This document shows positions 27,441-41,904 of a stretch of 64,000 bases of DNA, one piece after another. Position numbers and translations under genes: made by a program. The stretch lies in assembly GCF_006345805.1 (NCBI RefSeq), contig NC_043001.1, forward strand, positions 109,368,001 through 109,432,000, written 5' to 3'. How positions within the stretch are numbered: the first letter of the stretch is position 1; each line of letters begins with the position of its first letter. The notes below the pieces were generated by a model that ran no database searches, was not told where the DNA came from, and was given only the letters and a program-made list of their open reading frames with translations. The DNA comes from Octopus sinensis (taxonomy: Eukaryota).

Positions 27441-27931
27441 TATACATATGTGTCTATTAGTAGACGTGTATAGCACCATATCAGACGCAAATAAACTAAT
27501 TTATTTCAAAACATCAGCTCCTATTAAATTCTATTGTTTCCGTCTACATCTTCATACATACACATTCTAAAAACCCTCACAACCTTTCATTCCATCCGGA
27601 CAAATCAATATTTCAACGAATCTTTATGCTTCAATAAACTATATTTTCACAAACAAACTTTCTCATATGTTCAATCTGCATACCACTGAATCCATTCATT
27701 CGAATGAAAATGAGGAAAATATTAACTATCATTTTTCTTACGAAAACAAACTTGTTTATCTATCGACTCATAATTACCTGACTCCTTTTTTTCACGCATA
27801 ATTAGCAGACAGAATATGTGTTCATATTCTTGTTTAACCCAGCCTATGGCTTTGCAATTTTTAAATGCATTAAATTTATTTAGACTTACTCTGTTCATGA
27901 AATAGATGCCATAACCTATTAGCTTATATCA

Positions 27932-27975
<44 letters not shown>

Positions 27976-30900
27976 GTTTGTGTATATAAATATTTAACTA
28001 ATCAAAGGACATACTAAGTATGTCTGCCTGCTGGAAATAACAGTCAAAACTCTTATTTAAATCGCCCAAAATACACAGAAGATAACTACAGAAATCAACC
28101 AAAAGCAGTGCGTGTGTGTATGTGTGTGTGTGTATACTTACATGTAAGTATGTGGGAATTAGTTTGTATAAGCAAGCGCAAAGATAGTTTTCAGAAGTAG
28201 ATTTTGTTTTTCTAAAAGTAAATACTAATAACTGATTGTCGTATCAAGTGTTATACCGCATATAATATCTGTTACATGATTAAGATCAAAAGGTATTATT
28301 TTTAACCCAGTGGTATGTTTCTACGTTGTCTGTTTGGTCGACAACCATATTATATTGGCGATTGAAGTGGTGTTAAGTTCTGTTTTTTAGTAGTGGTGTT
28401 GGTTCCTGAAAACTTTCTAGATTGACCGCGTTTCATTTGAGATTTCGAAGTTAATATAAATGTTACACTTCTCCATTACTGTTTAAAATTTTCCATTGTA
28501 GTAATTTACTGGTTGATCTAACTAAACACAAGACAATTATTATCCAATTCAGTTCACGGAATAGGAAATGATGCTTCGGAAAAAAATTGTTATTTGCTTT
28601 CTAAGAAATGATATAGGTTGTTTAGGATATAAAAGTTTAATTGAGATGGATGCTGACTCTTATTAAGACGGCCTGTTTTCCAAACACGATACCTTTATTT
28701 TCAAGGATGGTTTTTGTCAAATCTAAATAGTGAAAGAAGAATTTACATCAGTAATGAGACTGACTTCATTGTGACCTCGTTTGGCTAATCTGCTTTGTAT
28801 GCTGAGATAGTAAATAAACTCCCAGATGTGCATTCATGTGGATATAGTACGTGTTACCTTTACTTCCTGTAAAGTTATTCAAATACAGACGGTTTTATAT
28901 TGTAGACTTACGACGTTTCCCCTGGTTGCAGGGTTTTTGTTATCACTGCATTCTTTGAGCGCATAGATGACGCTTTTAACAGCATTTCCTGTTATATTGT
29001 TGTACCTAATGTTACTTTCATTGTTATTTATTTTTATGTAGTGTCTCATAATTTGGATAAATTTTCACAAATGTTGGTGTCTGGGCGTTATTTAGAACCC
29101 ATTCAGTACAGAGTTCAAATTGTGTAGCAACTGTATGGATAAACTATTTCAGGTGACGAGAATTTTAACATTACTCACAACGAATTTCAAAGGCAGCATC
29201 AACAAGAAACGAGGTGCCATTATTGTCTTCTTTACAATGTCAGACTTTTCAAACAGAAAAGATAAGCACAATACTTCATGTTTAAAAATTAATAGCTTAC
29301 AATACATTATAAAGAACATCTAAAGCGCATTCATTGAAACAAGATCTTAAAATCACGCACGGTATTCACATTAGATCAATTCGGGAAATGCATTTACTAC
29401 CTCACCATAGTGCATTCAGTATTCAAATTACATCCGAAGTAGTTTCGTTAAAACATCTACAAACAGAAGTGGTCTTTTAACATACGAAACAATTCCTGTT
29501 TTTAGTGTTAGATATGAATAAGAAGACTGAACTATAGATGACGCCTTAATACTAGAATAGAAAAGTCGCTTTCCTCATAACAAGCAACAACACAAAACTC
29601 ACTAATATAGTAATTACACATTCGAACTGAATTGAAATTGTGGGTGTCTCATCTTTTCTGGTGTTTTATATCAAGAACTTCATTTAAATTCTTATTCCTC
29701 TCTTCAGTCTGTAGCATAATATCTGGCGAGTACAGGTCTACAAATACTTGCAAGATTATTATTGTGTAGAAAATACCTCGTTTGGGCAAGATATATAAAT
29801 ACATCGTGAAAGGCAAATTTACTGCGCTGTTCGTCCACAGATAATATCTCTGCTGGATTTACGGTGTCCAAAACACAATATACATCGGAAGAAGATTAAA
29901 ATTATTCCAAGAGCGGTTGGCGAAAATGTGAAATGCATTTCTGCCTCGGTCAGTTGAATGTACTTACAGCTAACCTTCGATGAAATTGGTAGACGACCAA
30001 TATATTGGCATAGAAGGAATAAACAATCCTGTATAGATGCCCGGCTGAATAAAATATATTTTATATGCACAGAAGCAGTATTAGACTGAAATAGTCTACT
30101 ATATATTATACTGAATATGATACATTGCGAAAGAAAATGTATGACGGTATTTGTGTAGAGATAATACATCTTATGGATGTTCATGTATTAAGAATACAGT
30201 ATCTATCGAAGGCAGACGAGTATAGTTCCAACACAGGCTGGTGATCACATATTGCGTCTAAGCACGCGGCTGTTTATGAGGAGATGCTATTGACAATGAC
30301 AGAGCGCAATCAAGCAGAAATGAATTATAGCATTCTCACCAGCCGTTGCTTTATTTAAACACGGTACGTCCAGAAGAGTCATTATCTACGAACGAATAAC
30401 ACAGTAAATTTGCCTTTTTGCAATGTCTTTTTACACTAACTACAATGCACAGATGTCTATTTTGATCTCATACTGCTCCTGTTGCATATTCTTTTCTTTA
30501 GGTGCGATGTCCAGAAATTAGAATATAGTCGATCAGGTCCTGCCAGAATTCTCTGTTCTTTGTTTTCTGTTACAGTTCCACTTTCCGATGCTTAATGCCT
30601 CTTTCTTCCAACCAGTTCATCAAACATGACATCCATATCATCCTTCTTTTTCTTCTTCTTTTTCCCCCACTTCAGTTCTTCCAGTCATCGCTAAATTCTC
30701 CAGCCCTCTTTCCTTATCACGACAGAGAAACCCCTGTTGCTAGGTTCTTTTCTCCCACAGAAGTTTCCTATTTACCGCAGCCCGACTCATCACTTCTTTA
30801 TCTATGGCGTGTAACGGATGCATAAGAGGAAACCAGAATCAAACATTGTACAGTGTCCCTCTGTCAGAGCAAAAATTACCGCCAAACGTAATTTTAAATT

Positions 30901-31476
30901 CATCAATTAACTTCTGTTCTATGTAGGATCAGATCTAGTTAGCTCAATGCTGTACCGATCATGAGGTTGATATCTCGCTATCAAATTTCTTACGAAGTGA
31001 CATGATTGTTAGGGAGAACCACAGGATGGTGCAAACAACATCGATAATGTATTTAACTGTAGTAGTGTAAATGTTGATTGATAAATGTTCTTTTGCAATG
31101 ACATGTTGTGCTCTAGCTAACTGCATAAAAACACAGATTTACTTTACACGCGCTCGTTGTCATTACTAGCTCATGTCAACATTAATTAAACACATCTACG
31201 ATTAAAGGCCCTATAACAATGCCATATCCGCTCTTTCAAGCAATCTGTATCCAGGACTATTTTCTCTAATGCGTCGGTAGTTATGAGACGATTGCTTCGT
31301 AATGATGGACAACTGGTTGTTCGTATTAGCAAATGGAATTATCACGCAAATAATCTTTCGTTGGAAAATTCAGTATAAATGTGTAATACCATAACTAACA
31401 CATTCATACCTTTACCAATATTAATATAATTTCTGTATACATATATATATATATATATATACAGGAATGGCTCGTA

Positions 31477-31546
31477 GGCATAGCAGTGGCTGTGTGGTAA
31501 GTAGCTTGCTTACCAACCATATGGTTCTGGGTTCAGTCCCACTATA

Positions 31547-31603
<57 letters not shown>

Positions 31604-31730
31604 TTCCTTTCAGTGTCCCTCTCCTAAATCCATTCACAAAGCTTTGGTCGGCTCCTGTCTATAGCAGGACACACTTGCTGAAGGTATCATGCTGTGAGAC
31701 TGAAACCGGAACAATGTGGTTGCGAGATTA
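31477..31730. mobile_element. SINE group A fragments in opposite orientations around (TA)n
   Basis: + strand head at 31477-31543 and a diverged - strand piece at ~31605-31730. Confidence 0.65.
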
Positions 31731-32055
31731 CAAAAAAAAAAAAAAAGAAAAGGGAAAAAGAGAAAAGAAAAAGAAACAGATTTCGACATGCATTAAAACA
31801 AAAAGAAATAACTAATTTTTTTACGTAATGGATTCCCCTTTTATCTTCCTTCATTACAATAGAATTGGTTTTAGCCACAATGAGTCTTCTTTACTGCAAT
31901 GCGTATATATTGATGAAAACATGATACTATTATAGAAAAGGAATATACAATATAATGTATTCATGAGAAGAAAGAAACTAGATGGGGCACCTTCAATAGA
32001 CATTTGATCTCCATTTTTTGTTATTGAAATTACAATATATGATATATCATCGTGG

Positions 32056-32592
32056 TACTCCGTCGGTTATGACGACGATGGTCCTAGTTGAGCCTGTCGA
32101 CGGAACAGCCTGCTGATAAAATTAAAGTGCAAGTGGCTGAGCATTCCACAGATACGTGTACCTTTAAAGTATTTCAAGGGAGATTCAGCGTGACATACAA
32201 TGTAATAAGGCTGGCCTTTTGAAATACAGGTACAACAGAAACAGGAAGAAAGAGTGAGAGAAACTTGTGGTGAAAGAGTACAGCAGGGTTCGTCACCACT
32301 CCCTGCAGGTGCCTCGTGGAGCTTTAGATGGTTTCGCTCAATAAACCTTCACAACACCCAGTCGGGAATCGAAACCGCAATCCTACGACCGTGAGTCCGC
32401 TACCCTAACCATTGGCCCATTGATGCATTAACATATTGATATACATTTTGAGTTCAAATTCTGCCGAAGTCGACTTATCCTTTTATCCTTTCGACGTCGA
32501 TAAAATAACTACCTGCTGAGCACTAGGGTCGATATAATCGATTTGATCCTTTCTCCGAAATGGGTGTCCTTGTGTTAAAATTTGATACCAAT
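32056..32592. mobile_element. SINE (11351 type, -, 32056-32422) followed by a SINE group B fragment (+, 32447-32592)
   Basis: Direct similarity to 11351-11730 and to the group-B core. Confidence 0.8.
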
Positions 32593-33685
32593 ATATAGTT
32601 TAGTGTACTTTAAAAGTACATTTAGACTATTTGTAAATTAAATTATTGGGAGTCGTTCGCAAACAAACATTTATTGAAAGTGAATAAGATCTATCTGGTT
32701 CTTTGAGACTTCCATGTACTCGTCAGCTGATAAATATATTCTTGACACTCCCATCCTTTGCCCATCAGGAAACTGATGAAACAGCTGATGGGAGTATGGT
32801 TTCTTTAGCAGCTTGTAGGTAGGTATTCACATTTAACAGACCAAGCTGGAGCAATGTGATACGAAATGTTTTCGTTACTCGACATCAAAAGGCAGAATAA
32901 CCACCTCAGAAATTGAACCTACAACCACAAGAACGAGAGCTCAATACCCTAACCATTAGGTCACGTCCCCTAAAGCTTTGGAACAGTAAATCTGTAATCA
33001 ATACCTCTGTGGATAATGGAAAAGGCTATACGGTATCTGATGAAAATCCCAACGCAGGATTGATATTAATCCGGCTGATCATTGTCTGCTGTTCGCCGTG
33101 TATCTGGAAGTACGTTGCTCACATCTGCTTAATGCGTACAGTTCTGACTAAAATCGATACACATGATCAGACTCTATATTAGCATTTGTAACATATTTGA
33201 TTATTTGTCAATTATTTATGCATTCCTGTCACACACCCGAAACGGTTTAACGCGTAATAATCACCGGCTATCATAATAATTCTGCCCAAACTATTCATAT
33301 GCTTTAATCAAAGATGCTAAGCTATAAATAATTTATTGTAATTAAGATTATGAGTTTCAATCGCACTATGAATAAGACCTGTATTATTGCAGATGCTGAG
33401 TCGTGAATAATAAACCGCATGATCAGTAATTGTTGTGACGGAATCTGAGTGAAGTAACAAACCGCTTGTATTCCATCTGTGGTTGTAGGAACGGCTAGAA
33501 ATAGCTAACAAATCCGTTTCAGTTCAGATAATAAAGAATATAAAAGAAAAATACATTCGATGAGATAATCCTACTTTCAGTAAGTTAGTGGAAGTGTTTC
33601 TTCATGTCTGTAGCATATATGTTCTACACATGACTTGTTGAAACAGTGGCGCTGTCTCATTCATCGTGTAATTTCAACAGATATA

Positions 33686-33853
33686 GGCGCAGGAGTGGCT
33701 GCGTGGTAAGTAGCTTGCTTGCCAACCACATGGTTCTGGGTTCATCCCACTGCGTGGCACCTTGGGCAGTTGTTTTCTACTATAGCCTCGGGCCGACCAA
33801 AGCCTTGTGAGTGGATTTGGTAGTCGGAAACTGAAAAAAGCCCGTTATATATA

Positions 33854-33910
<57 letters not shown>

Positions 33911-34127
33911 TGTGTGTGTGTGTGTGTATGTGTTTGTCTCCAACATCGTTTGACAACCGATGCTGGTGTGTTTACGTCCTCGTAACTTAGCGGTTCGGCA
34001 AAACATATCGGTAGAATAAGTACTAAGCTTACAAAGAATTAGTCCTGGGGTCGATTTGCTCGACTAAAGGTGGTGCTCCAGCATGGCCGCAGTCAAATGA
34101 CTGAAACAAGTAAAAGCGTAAAAGAGT
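33686..34127 (+). mobile_element. SINE group A, full length
   Basis: Head ggcgcaggagtggctgcgtggtaagtagcttgc, central microsatellite, gtaaaaga-type tail. Confidence 0.9.
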
Positions 34128-35195
34128 AGATATCAACTGACATCGAAGAGGTTAAATGAGATTTTGTGATACAGGTGAAATAACAATTTGATTTTGAAAA
34201 TCTTGACGGAATTGAAAGTTAAGTATTTGTTAGCTTGGAACGATTTTTGTCATAAATGTTTGTGCTTTATCAATGAAAAACGTGCTAAGTTAAAAATACT
34301 GGATGTTTGAACAGAAGCAGTTTCGAGACTTCGTTTCATCTGATAATTTTTAATCCTTAACTATCGGCCTTTGTATTGAATTCTTCTTTGAAAACCCAAC
34401 GGGTTCAAGGAAGCATATACCAGTAATGTAATTTACTTGTGTCTTTCACACTTATCAATTCTCCTCCTTTCTACCTCTCTCTTCTCTCTCTCTCTCTCAC
34501 TCTCTCTCTCTCTCTCTCTCTTCCTCTGCTAAAAATTATATTTTCTGATATGTAAAAAAAAAACAAAACAAAAAATCATTGTAAAATATTGTATGTAACT
34601 TCGAGAAAGATACACACTGTTTGGAAGTCTAGACTGGTATTGATATTTAATTGAGAATAAATAATGAGCATAGAAAAGTTATGAATAACATATTCTTCGA
34701 CGACCCACATCCTCACACACCAAAAAATATATAGGTAAATAATCGCATTGCAGCGAATAAGAAGAACATTAAATAAAAAAAAAACGCTGAAATGTATTGA
34801 CAAGAAAAAGATAAGAAAATAGTGAGCAAGTTTTGTTTATATGTGATGCAATTTCAATGATCAAGTTAAGAATAATATTTGCTTTTATGTCCAAGTTTTG
34901 TAAAAGATACCGTTACAGTAACGACATGTTTTTTTTAGCTTTACATTTTAATTAAGTCCTTTAAATGAATTTCTGGACATCGATATTTTTTTCAATAACT
35001 AAATATATCAGAAATATCGACTAAACAGAGGTAGGAAAAGAAATAAATAACAACAATATAGATAACTGTTTAAATATATATATATATATAAAAGAAATAT
35101 CAACAACGAAATTGAGCGGGAGGACATCAACAGGAAATTGAACAAGGAACAACAATAAAAGGTTATAAGAAACGTGTTCTTTTAAATCCCATGTT

Positions 35196-35442
35196 CTATT
35201 AAATCAAATACGTGGGTACCGTGTTCAAATCTCTTGCTGGGATACGTTAAAGCTATAGGAAAATTAATAGCGGGACAGCTGCCTCGGGGGTCAAGGAAGA
35301 TGCAATTTGTGATCTCCCCTATTAAATCAAAAACGTGGGTACCGTGCTCAAATCTCTTGCTGGGATACGTTTAAGCTATAGGAAAATTAATAACGGGAGA
35401 GCTACCTCGAGGCTTCAAGGAAGATGCAAATTGTGAGCTCCC
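35196..35442. repeat. Tandem duplication, 123-bp unit x2
   Basis: ctattaaatcaaa...gtgggtaccgtg...gaagatgcaa...ctccc at 35196-35318 and 35319-35442, with scattered mismatches. Confidence 0.9.
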
Positions 35443-35931
35443 TAAACAGGAGGTGAAATTTAAGAGGTTTGAGTGTTAAATCCCGAAAATAAGACTCATC
35501 ACCAGAACTAATGTATATTGTCACGTGAATAAAATCTTTAACTTTAAATATTTTGCGAAGTAAATGTACCCGAAATCTTAATGTAACATGCTTATACCTA
35601 AGCAAAGAGAAATCAATTTTCATAAGTGAATATTTTGCAACAAACGGGACAGACGTATATTCTGATGTTGTATTCTCACTTTTGAGAGATTATTTTTACA
35701 GCGTAGTGATGATAATGTCACAACGGTGGATGTTAAACTGCACAGCTTAATAGTCTTTCATTGTCATAGTTGTCATTTCATGTTAGCCTTTTTATTTACA
35801 GTTAGAATTATACAATAATCGGATAAGATGCCATTTGTATTATGTATTATGTGCTTGTATGCACAAACACGCATATACAATTACACACACACATATATAT
35901 ATATACATGTTATATATACATATATATATAC

Positions 35932-36028
<97 letters not shown>

Positions 36029-36380
36029 ATATATTTGTATATGTATAAAGACAGAGACGTAGCATAAGAGTAAGAGGAAGATTCTTTTATAGTTAAATAT
36101 GTGCGCGCGCACATATTCATATAGATATACGAATACATACATAGATATAAAAGCATATATACATATATAGGTAAATATATTTATCTATGTGCGTGTACAT
36201 ATATATATATTAATATATATTTATGTATATATACGTATGTACGTATATTTATATATATATATATGTTTTATAACCGTATACCCAAATATGTGAAAGAAAT
36301 TATCTCTTTCTATCTGTTTCCCTCGCTATCGCTCCCTTTTTATACATCTTAATGCATACATAATCACTAACACACACACG

Positions 36381-36414
<34 letters not shown>

Positions 36415-37403
36415 ACACACACACACACCCAGGCACACAATATACACATACGCACATATTATAAATGACATCTTATCCGTTTATTGCGTAATTGTAACTG
36501 TAAATAAATGGTTAACATGTAAACACAGACATGGCAATACAAGAATAACAAGATGTGCGGCTTAATATCAAGCGTTGTGATATCTTTACAACGCAAAAAC
36601 GCAATATTTAAAAAAACGAGTATATAACATACAGATGTAACTACATCTGTTGCGTCTGTTGCTGAATATTTCTAATCATAATTGATTTCAATTGCCTAAA
36701 ATATCTAAATGGTATTATGTTTTCAGGTACATTTAATTTACAGTGAACCTTAATTAAAGTTTAATATGATGAAATTAATATGGCAATATGTACCAGTGTC
36801 GATCATAGACCTAGCGTAATTTTGTGGTTTAACATGCGAACCTCTTTAATTTTACCTCCAGTTCATCAAAACATGTTTGCGGAGCATCCATGCCTTTGCA
36901 AGTTATCTTCCTCCGCCCTGATTTCTTCCTCGCCCCACCCAATTTTCCAACTGCATGTAACTCCATCCTAACAATCACATTGTCTTGGGCTCTGTCCCCA
37001 ACTTTTCATTTGAATCCCATTAAGAGCATCTTTCTTAGAACTTTTTTTATTTTACATTTCATTCTTTTTCCATTTATCTATCGGATTATTCCTAATTAAA
37101 AATGAAATGGGACAATAAAAATCGATATTTAATCTGTTGACATTTTCTGCCCATTTCTTTGTAAACTTTGCTGCAAAGTTTTTGTTTCTTTCTACATACA
37201 GAATAGAATTTTTAATTAATTTCAAAACTTTCGTTGTACAGCAATCATTAGCCCCCTCACGTGATGTTCATTATCTAAACTCCAGCCCTTAACGTATTTC
37301 AGGTTTTATTCCTTAAAACTTATTTTCTTTCCAATTGAGAAAAAATCATATTAGTAAAAATTTGTAACAAAAAATACTTAAACATCTAAAAATATTTAAC
37401 ATA

Positions 37404-37760
37404 GGCGCGGGAGTGGTTGTTATAAGTAGCTTTCTTACCAGCCACATGATACTGGATTCAGTCCCACCGCGTGGCAACTTGGGTAATTGTCTTCTAGTAT
37501 AACCCCGGACCGACCAAAGCCTTGTGAGTGGATTTGGTAGGCGGAAACTGAAAGAAGTCCGCCATGGATATATATATATATATATCTGCGTGTGTATATA
37601 TGTTTGTGAGTTAGTGTGTCCCTGCCCAACATAGCTTGACAACCAATGCTGATCTGTTTACGTCCCCGCAACTTAGCAGTTTGGCGAAAGTGACCGATAG
37701 AGTATTAGGCCTACAAAGAATAAGCCCTGCATGGCTGCAGTCAAATGACTGAAACAAGTA
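37404..37760 (+). mobile_element. SINE group A
   Basis: Head, gccttgtgagtggatttggtag and tail gtcaaatgactgaaacaag; internal deletion. Confidence 0.85.
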
Positions 37761-40482
37761 GAATATCGTTACCGCTGGGTTCTAGTGTAAGATCCTTAAA
37801 TTCCAGGGTCGCCGGTGACCAATAAAGCATACAGACCAATATCTTCAAATATCCCAGAACAAAAACTGTACCCAGAAACCTAAAGCTTATAGAAATATGA
37901 GTTGGAGTGTCCGTCAACTTCCTTTTCAAAAGTGGAAGTCGATAATCTCGTTCGTGTAGAGTTAAGCTAGGGAGTAGTGTGCTGGAAAATGACAAAGAGG
38001 TGCATAGAAATCCACTTAAAATCATTTACAATTCACTAATTAGTTAATAGTTTAATAATTAATCATGAGCTATGTTTGAGCACAGTTTGATTTATTTCAA
38101 AATTTTAACGTAAATAACTACTAACAAACTGGTATTTTAATTTTGACATAGACTTTTGCTATTCATTGCAGATACTGCATTTGCTTAAGGTATGAATCAT
38201 TAGGTGGCATTGTTAGAACAGATTTAGTTTCAATTTGAAACCATAGGTTGAGTCATCTGTGCTGCAAGATATCACTTACATTATGTATACTATAGTAATA
38301 TGGCAGATAAATGGAATCACCATCATCATCAAAGTTTGGTTAGTTCATTCGTTATTCTGCTTGTTTAACGAATCTCTTTATATCGACGCCAAACACAACC
38401 TTTGTCTTGGATTGCAGCAGTTTCACAAAAGAATAAAAAAATTCTAAAGTCTGTTAACAAAGCATGAATCGAAACCAGTAGAAAACGTTATTGTTTTTTT
38501 TAATTATTACTCCTTCTCCTAGTTTCCTTGGGTTAACATTTTTTATTGTGTGATTTATGCTACTAAATTTTTATGTTTTCGTGTGTTTCTATTTTGCCGA
38601 TCTTCTCTTTAATATGCTTTTTTTTTTAGCCTGCCTTGATTATTTATGCATTTCATTTTCTCTTTGCACGTGTTTACATACGTGTTTACAAGACACACGC
38701 ACATACAAGCAACCAGATTCACACGAACACACATATACACACACACATATATGCGTGTGTGTACCTTTTAACCGTGTTCTTGTTTTTCTTGTTCTAGTTC
38801 TCTTGGATTTTTGATATTGACGCTGTATCAGTTGGTTGTGTTGGTATTTTCATTCTTACTTTTTATCTTTGTCTGAAGCAAAATAAAAAGCACGAAAAAA
38901 AATACGGACAAATCTTTCGGCATCAAGTTTCCAAACAAATATGTGACAGTCAAATAAGAGATAAGTTGATAAATTCAGAATAGAATTAGAAATATAATCC
39001 GTCGTATAATTGAATTAGCTGAAATTCCAGTTCAATATGTTACAGTTTAAGAACTAATACAAAATGTAATCACACAATATAAAACATACATTTATATTAT
39101 AGTAAAACTGTAAATCATATATTTAACTAAATATCTTTAATCAGAAAGAAAGGGGTGGGATTTTCTCACGTTGCATTTGAATAGTCGTATGGAATAAGCA
39201 TCAGACAGATGGAATATCTCAGAGAATGACATATGCAAATGCGTAAAGGTCGGAACACTGAAACATATTCTTTCCAGCTGTTCATTAGCATTGTACAGGT
39301 ATACATAGAGACATAGCCTGGTCCTTAAGGTTATATTCAGTGCTATGAAGAACCAAATTGATCTCAACAAACAGTGAGAAAAAAACCGTTGAATTTACCA
39401 AGTAGAGATTTCATTACCTTCGTGCGCTCAGGTCAGCGGATCCGTTTCAAGAAGAACAAGAAACTTCCTGTGAGAGATGAAAAGTGGAACGGCTATTGGG
39501 AGGCGACTGCAGATTTACCAGGGTGCCAGGGACTCATTCCCTTCCCAGTTACGGAAAAGCCGGACGTTTTAATGTGGTGTGAAGGAAAGAATCTTGTAAA
39601 TCTAGTCGAGTAATGTTTCTTCATGAAGACAACAATTTTGTGCGTGGATGTATATTTTTAAAGATCGTTATTACATGTTAGATAAAAATTGAGGTGCAAT
39701 GTAAAGGATGTTTCCTGGAAAAGAAATTTTTCGAATATTATGAAATGTTTTTGGCTTTTCGTTTTGAAAATAATAAATGCGTAAAACTTTGGAAAGCAAA
39801 GTGGAGCTGAAATTTGTAGAGTAGAGGCGTTGAAGCTAATCAAAAGATTGAAAACATTAGTTGTATCTGTAGTATCATATTTCTTCGATTATAAATCGTC
39901 TAAGTAATATACCGACAAGAAACAAGTCATGGTAATTAAAATACTGAGCTGAAGATATTAATTAACTTTTACGAAAAGTGAAAGAAATATTGAGCACCCT
40001 TATCACAGCACTCATTAAGCTTCAATAATTCAACTATTCTCAAAAGGGAATCAGCTGTGGATTCGTGTATGAACTAAATGTAAATCAGGGAATACGATTT
40101 TAACTTTGTATTGTAATAATTCTATAGCGTCGATGAGACAAATCGCACGATGAAGGTAAAAAAGAAAACATTTTTGCGGGATGTCATTTTATCTGACGTT
40201 ATTTAGCTAAAATTTTAGCGGTTAATATTCTTATAACTATGCTTGATTTACAGAAAATACGTTTTTAAATACGACCAATCTGTATAGCAATACACTTCAG
40301 TGAATCTATAATTCGTAATAAATTCTAGGAGGAAATAGAGAATAAAGCTGTTATTAATGAAATTGTTATCTCAATAAATCCATTGTATAAACCAGTTATC
40401 ATACACACTTGAACTAATGTCATCTCCCTCTCTCACTTACTCCCTTTCTTATCCCATCTCTCCCCTCTTTACTCTCTCTCTC

Positions 40483-40552
<70 letters not shown>

Positions 40553-40561
40553 GTATATATA

Positions 40562-40777
40562 CGAGGGAGTTCTCATAAGTTCCTGGCATTGGGTAAAAGA
40601 AAATAGAGAAGGAACAATTAATTATGATTTTATTCAACACATTCCCCTCTCAGATTCACACAGTCATTTCAGCAGTCTTTCAGTTTTCCCACGCCCTCTG
40701 AAAGAGCAGAGAAGTTTGTACCTCCAACCAAGCCTTTCGCAATACTCTTAAAACCAGGAACTTTTCAACACCCCTGG
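40562..40777. mobile_element. Mariner-derived MITE
   Basis: Imperfect TIRs cgagggagttctcataagttcctgg / ccaggaacttttcaacacccctgg, with TA on both sides (40560-40561, 40778-40779). Confidence 0.75.
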
Positions 40778-40780
40778 TAT

Positions 40781-40820
<40 letters not shown>

Positions 40821-40877
40821 GTATGATGTAACCTGTTCAGCTTTTCCACAAGTTTATCCACAAGTACGTGGATAAAC

Positions 40878-41155
40878 ATAATAATAATAATAATGTTCGT
40901 CCTTCCGTTTCGAAGATGACCATTGACATCATTTGGTGGAATTGCTGCTATGAGACCGGAGGTGGCTGGTGAGGCCAATACGGGCAAGAAAGCCCCTCCC
41001 ACAGGTGGGGCAGAAGTGGGTAGGGGCTGTGCTATTGGTGCAGGTGGCTCTGGCTTTCCGCATCTGGCGTTTCTGTTCTGCTGACTGAATCCGTCTCTCC
41101 TCGGCTGTCTTTGCTCCTGTGGTGATTGCGCTGCGCCAGGATGAACGCGATTTCA
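40878..41155 (-). mobile_element. 5'-truncated RTE/RTE-X-type LINE 3' end with a C-terminal C2H2 zinc finger
   Basis: Uninterrupted frame SRSSWRSAITTG...CPTCGRGFLARIGLTSHLRSH..., stop at 40929, short 3' UTR and an (ATT)n tail. Confidence 0.8.
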
Positions 41156-41351
41156 CGCATGAAATTATGGACATAGTTTTCTACATCTCTCTAAAAAAAA
41201 ATTAAAATCAATTCTTGATAGATACTAAGTATTAATTCAAATTAAATCCGAGATAATGAATTAATTGCATAAAGTTTATGGTAATAAAAATAAGTTAATG
41301 CTTCTCCCACCTCTCATTCCAAATCAGTAATCAATGTTACAATGAAAACAT

Positions 41352-41552
41352 GTTTGTTGTTGTTGTTGTTGTTGCTATTGTGGCTGTTGCTGTTGTTGTT
41401 GTTGTTGTTGTTGTTGTTCTTCTTCTTCTTCTTCTTCTTCTTCTTCATAACAACAACAACAACAACAACAACAATAATAATGATAATAATAATAATAATA
41501 ATAATAATAAAATAATAATAATAATAAGAAGAAGAAGAAGAAGAAGAAGAAG
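41352..41552. repeat. Compound trinucleotide microsatellite (GTT)(CTT)(AAC)(AAT)(AAG)
   Basis: Direct. Confidence 0.95.
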
Positions 41553-41649
41553 AGTGCGACTGTTATTGAATGAACAATATTGGTACACTTTTAGAAGAGT
41601 TACACCAATCCTTAAATATTAATAATAATAATAATAGTAATAATAATAA

Positions 41650-41873
41650 TTTCAAATTCTTGCCACAAAGGCAGCTTGGTGATGAGTCGATTATATCGAC
41701 CCCGCCCCCACCCCAATGTTCAACTGGTAATTATCGACACCGAAAAGATGAAAGGCAAAGTCGACCTAGGTGGAATTTGAACTGAGAACGTAAAGACAAA
41801 CGAAATACCGCTAAGCATTTCGTCCAGCGTGCTAACAATTCGGCCATCTCGCTGCCTTAACAACAACATCAAC

Positions 41874-41904
<31 letters not shown>

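Noticed and set aside
27010-27570. 186-aa His/Thr-rich repeat ORF and the many YI/CV/HT ORFs in the track
   Set aside because: Translations of (CA)n, (TG)n and (TA)n microsatellites.
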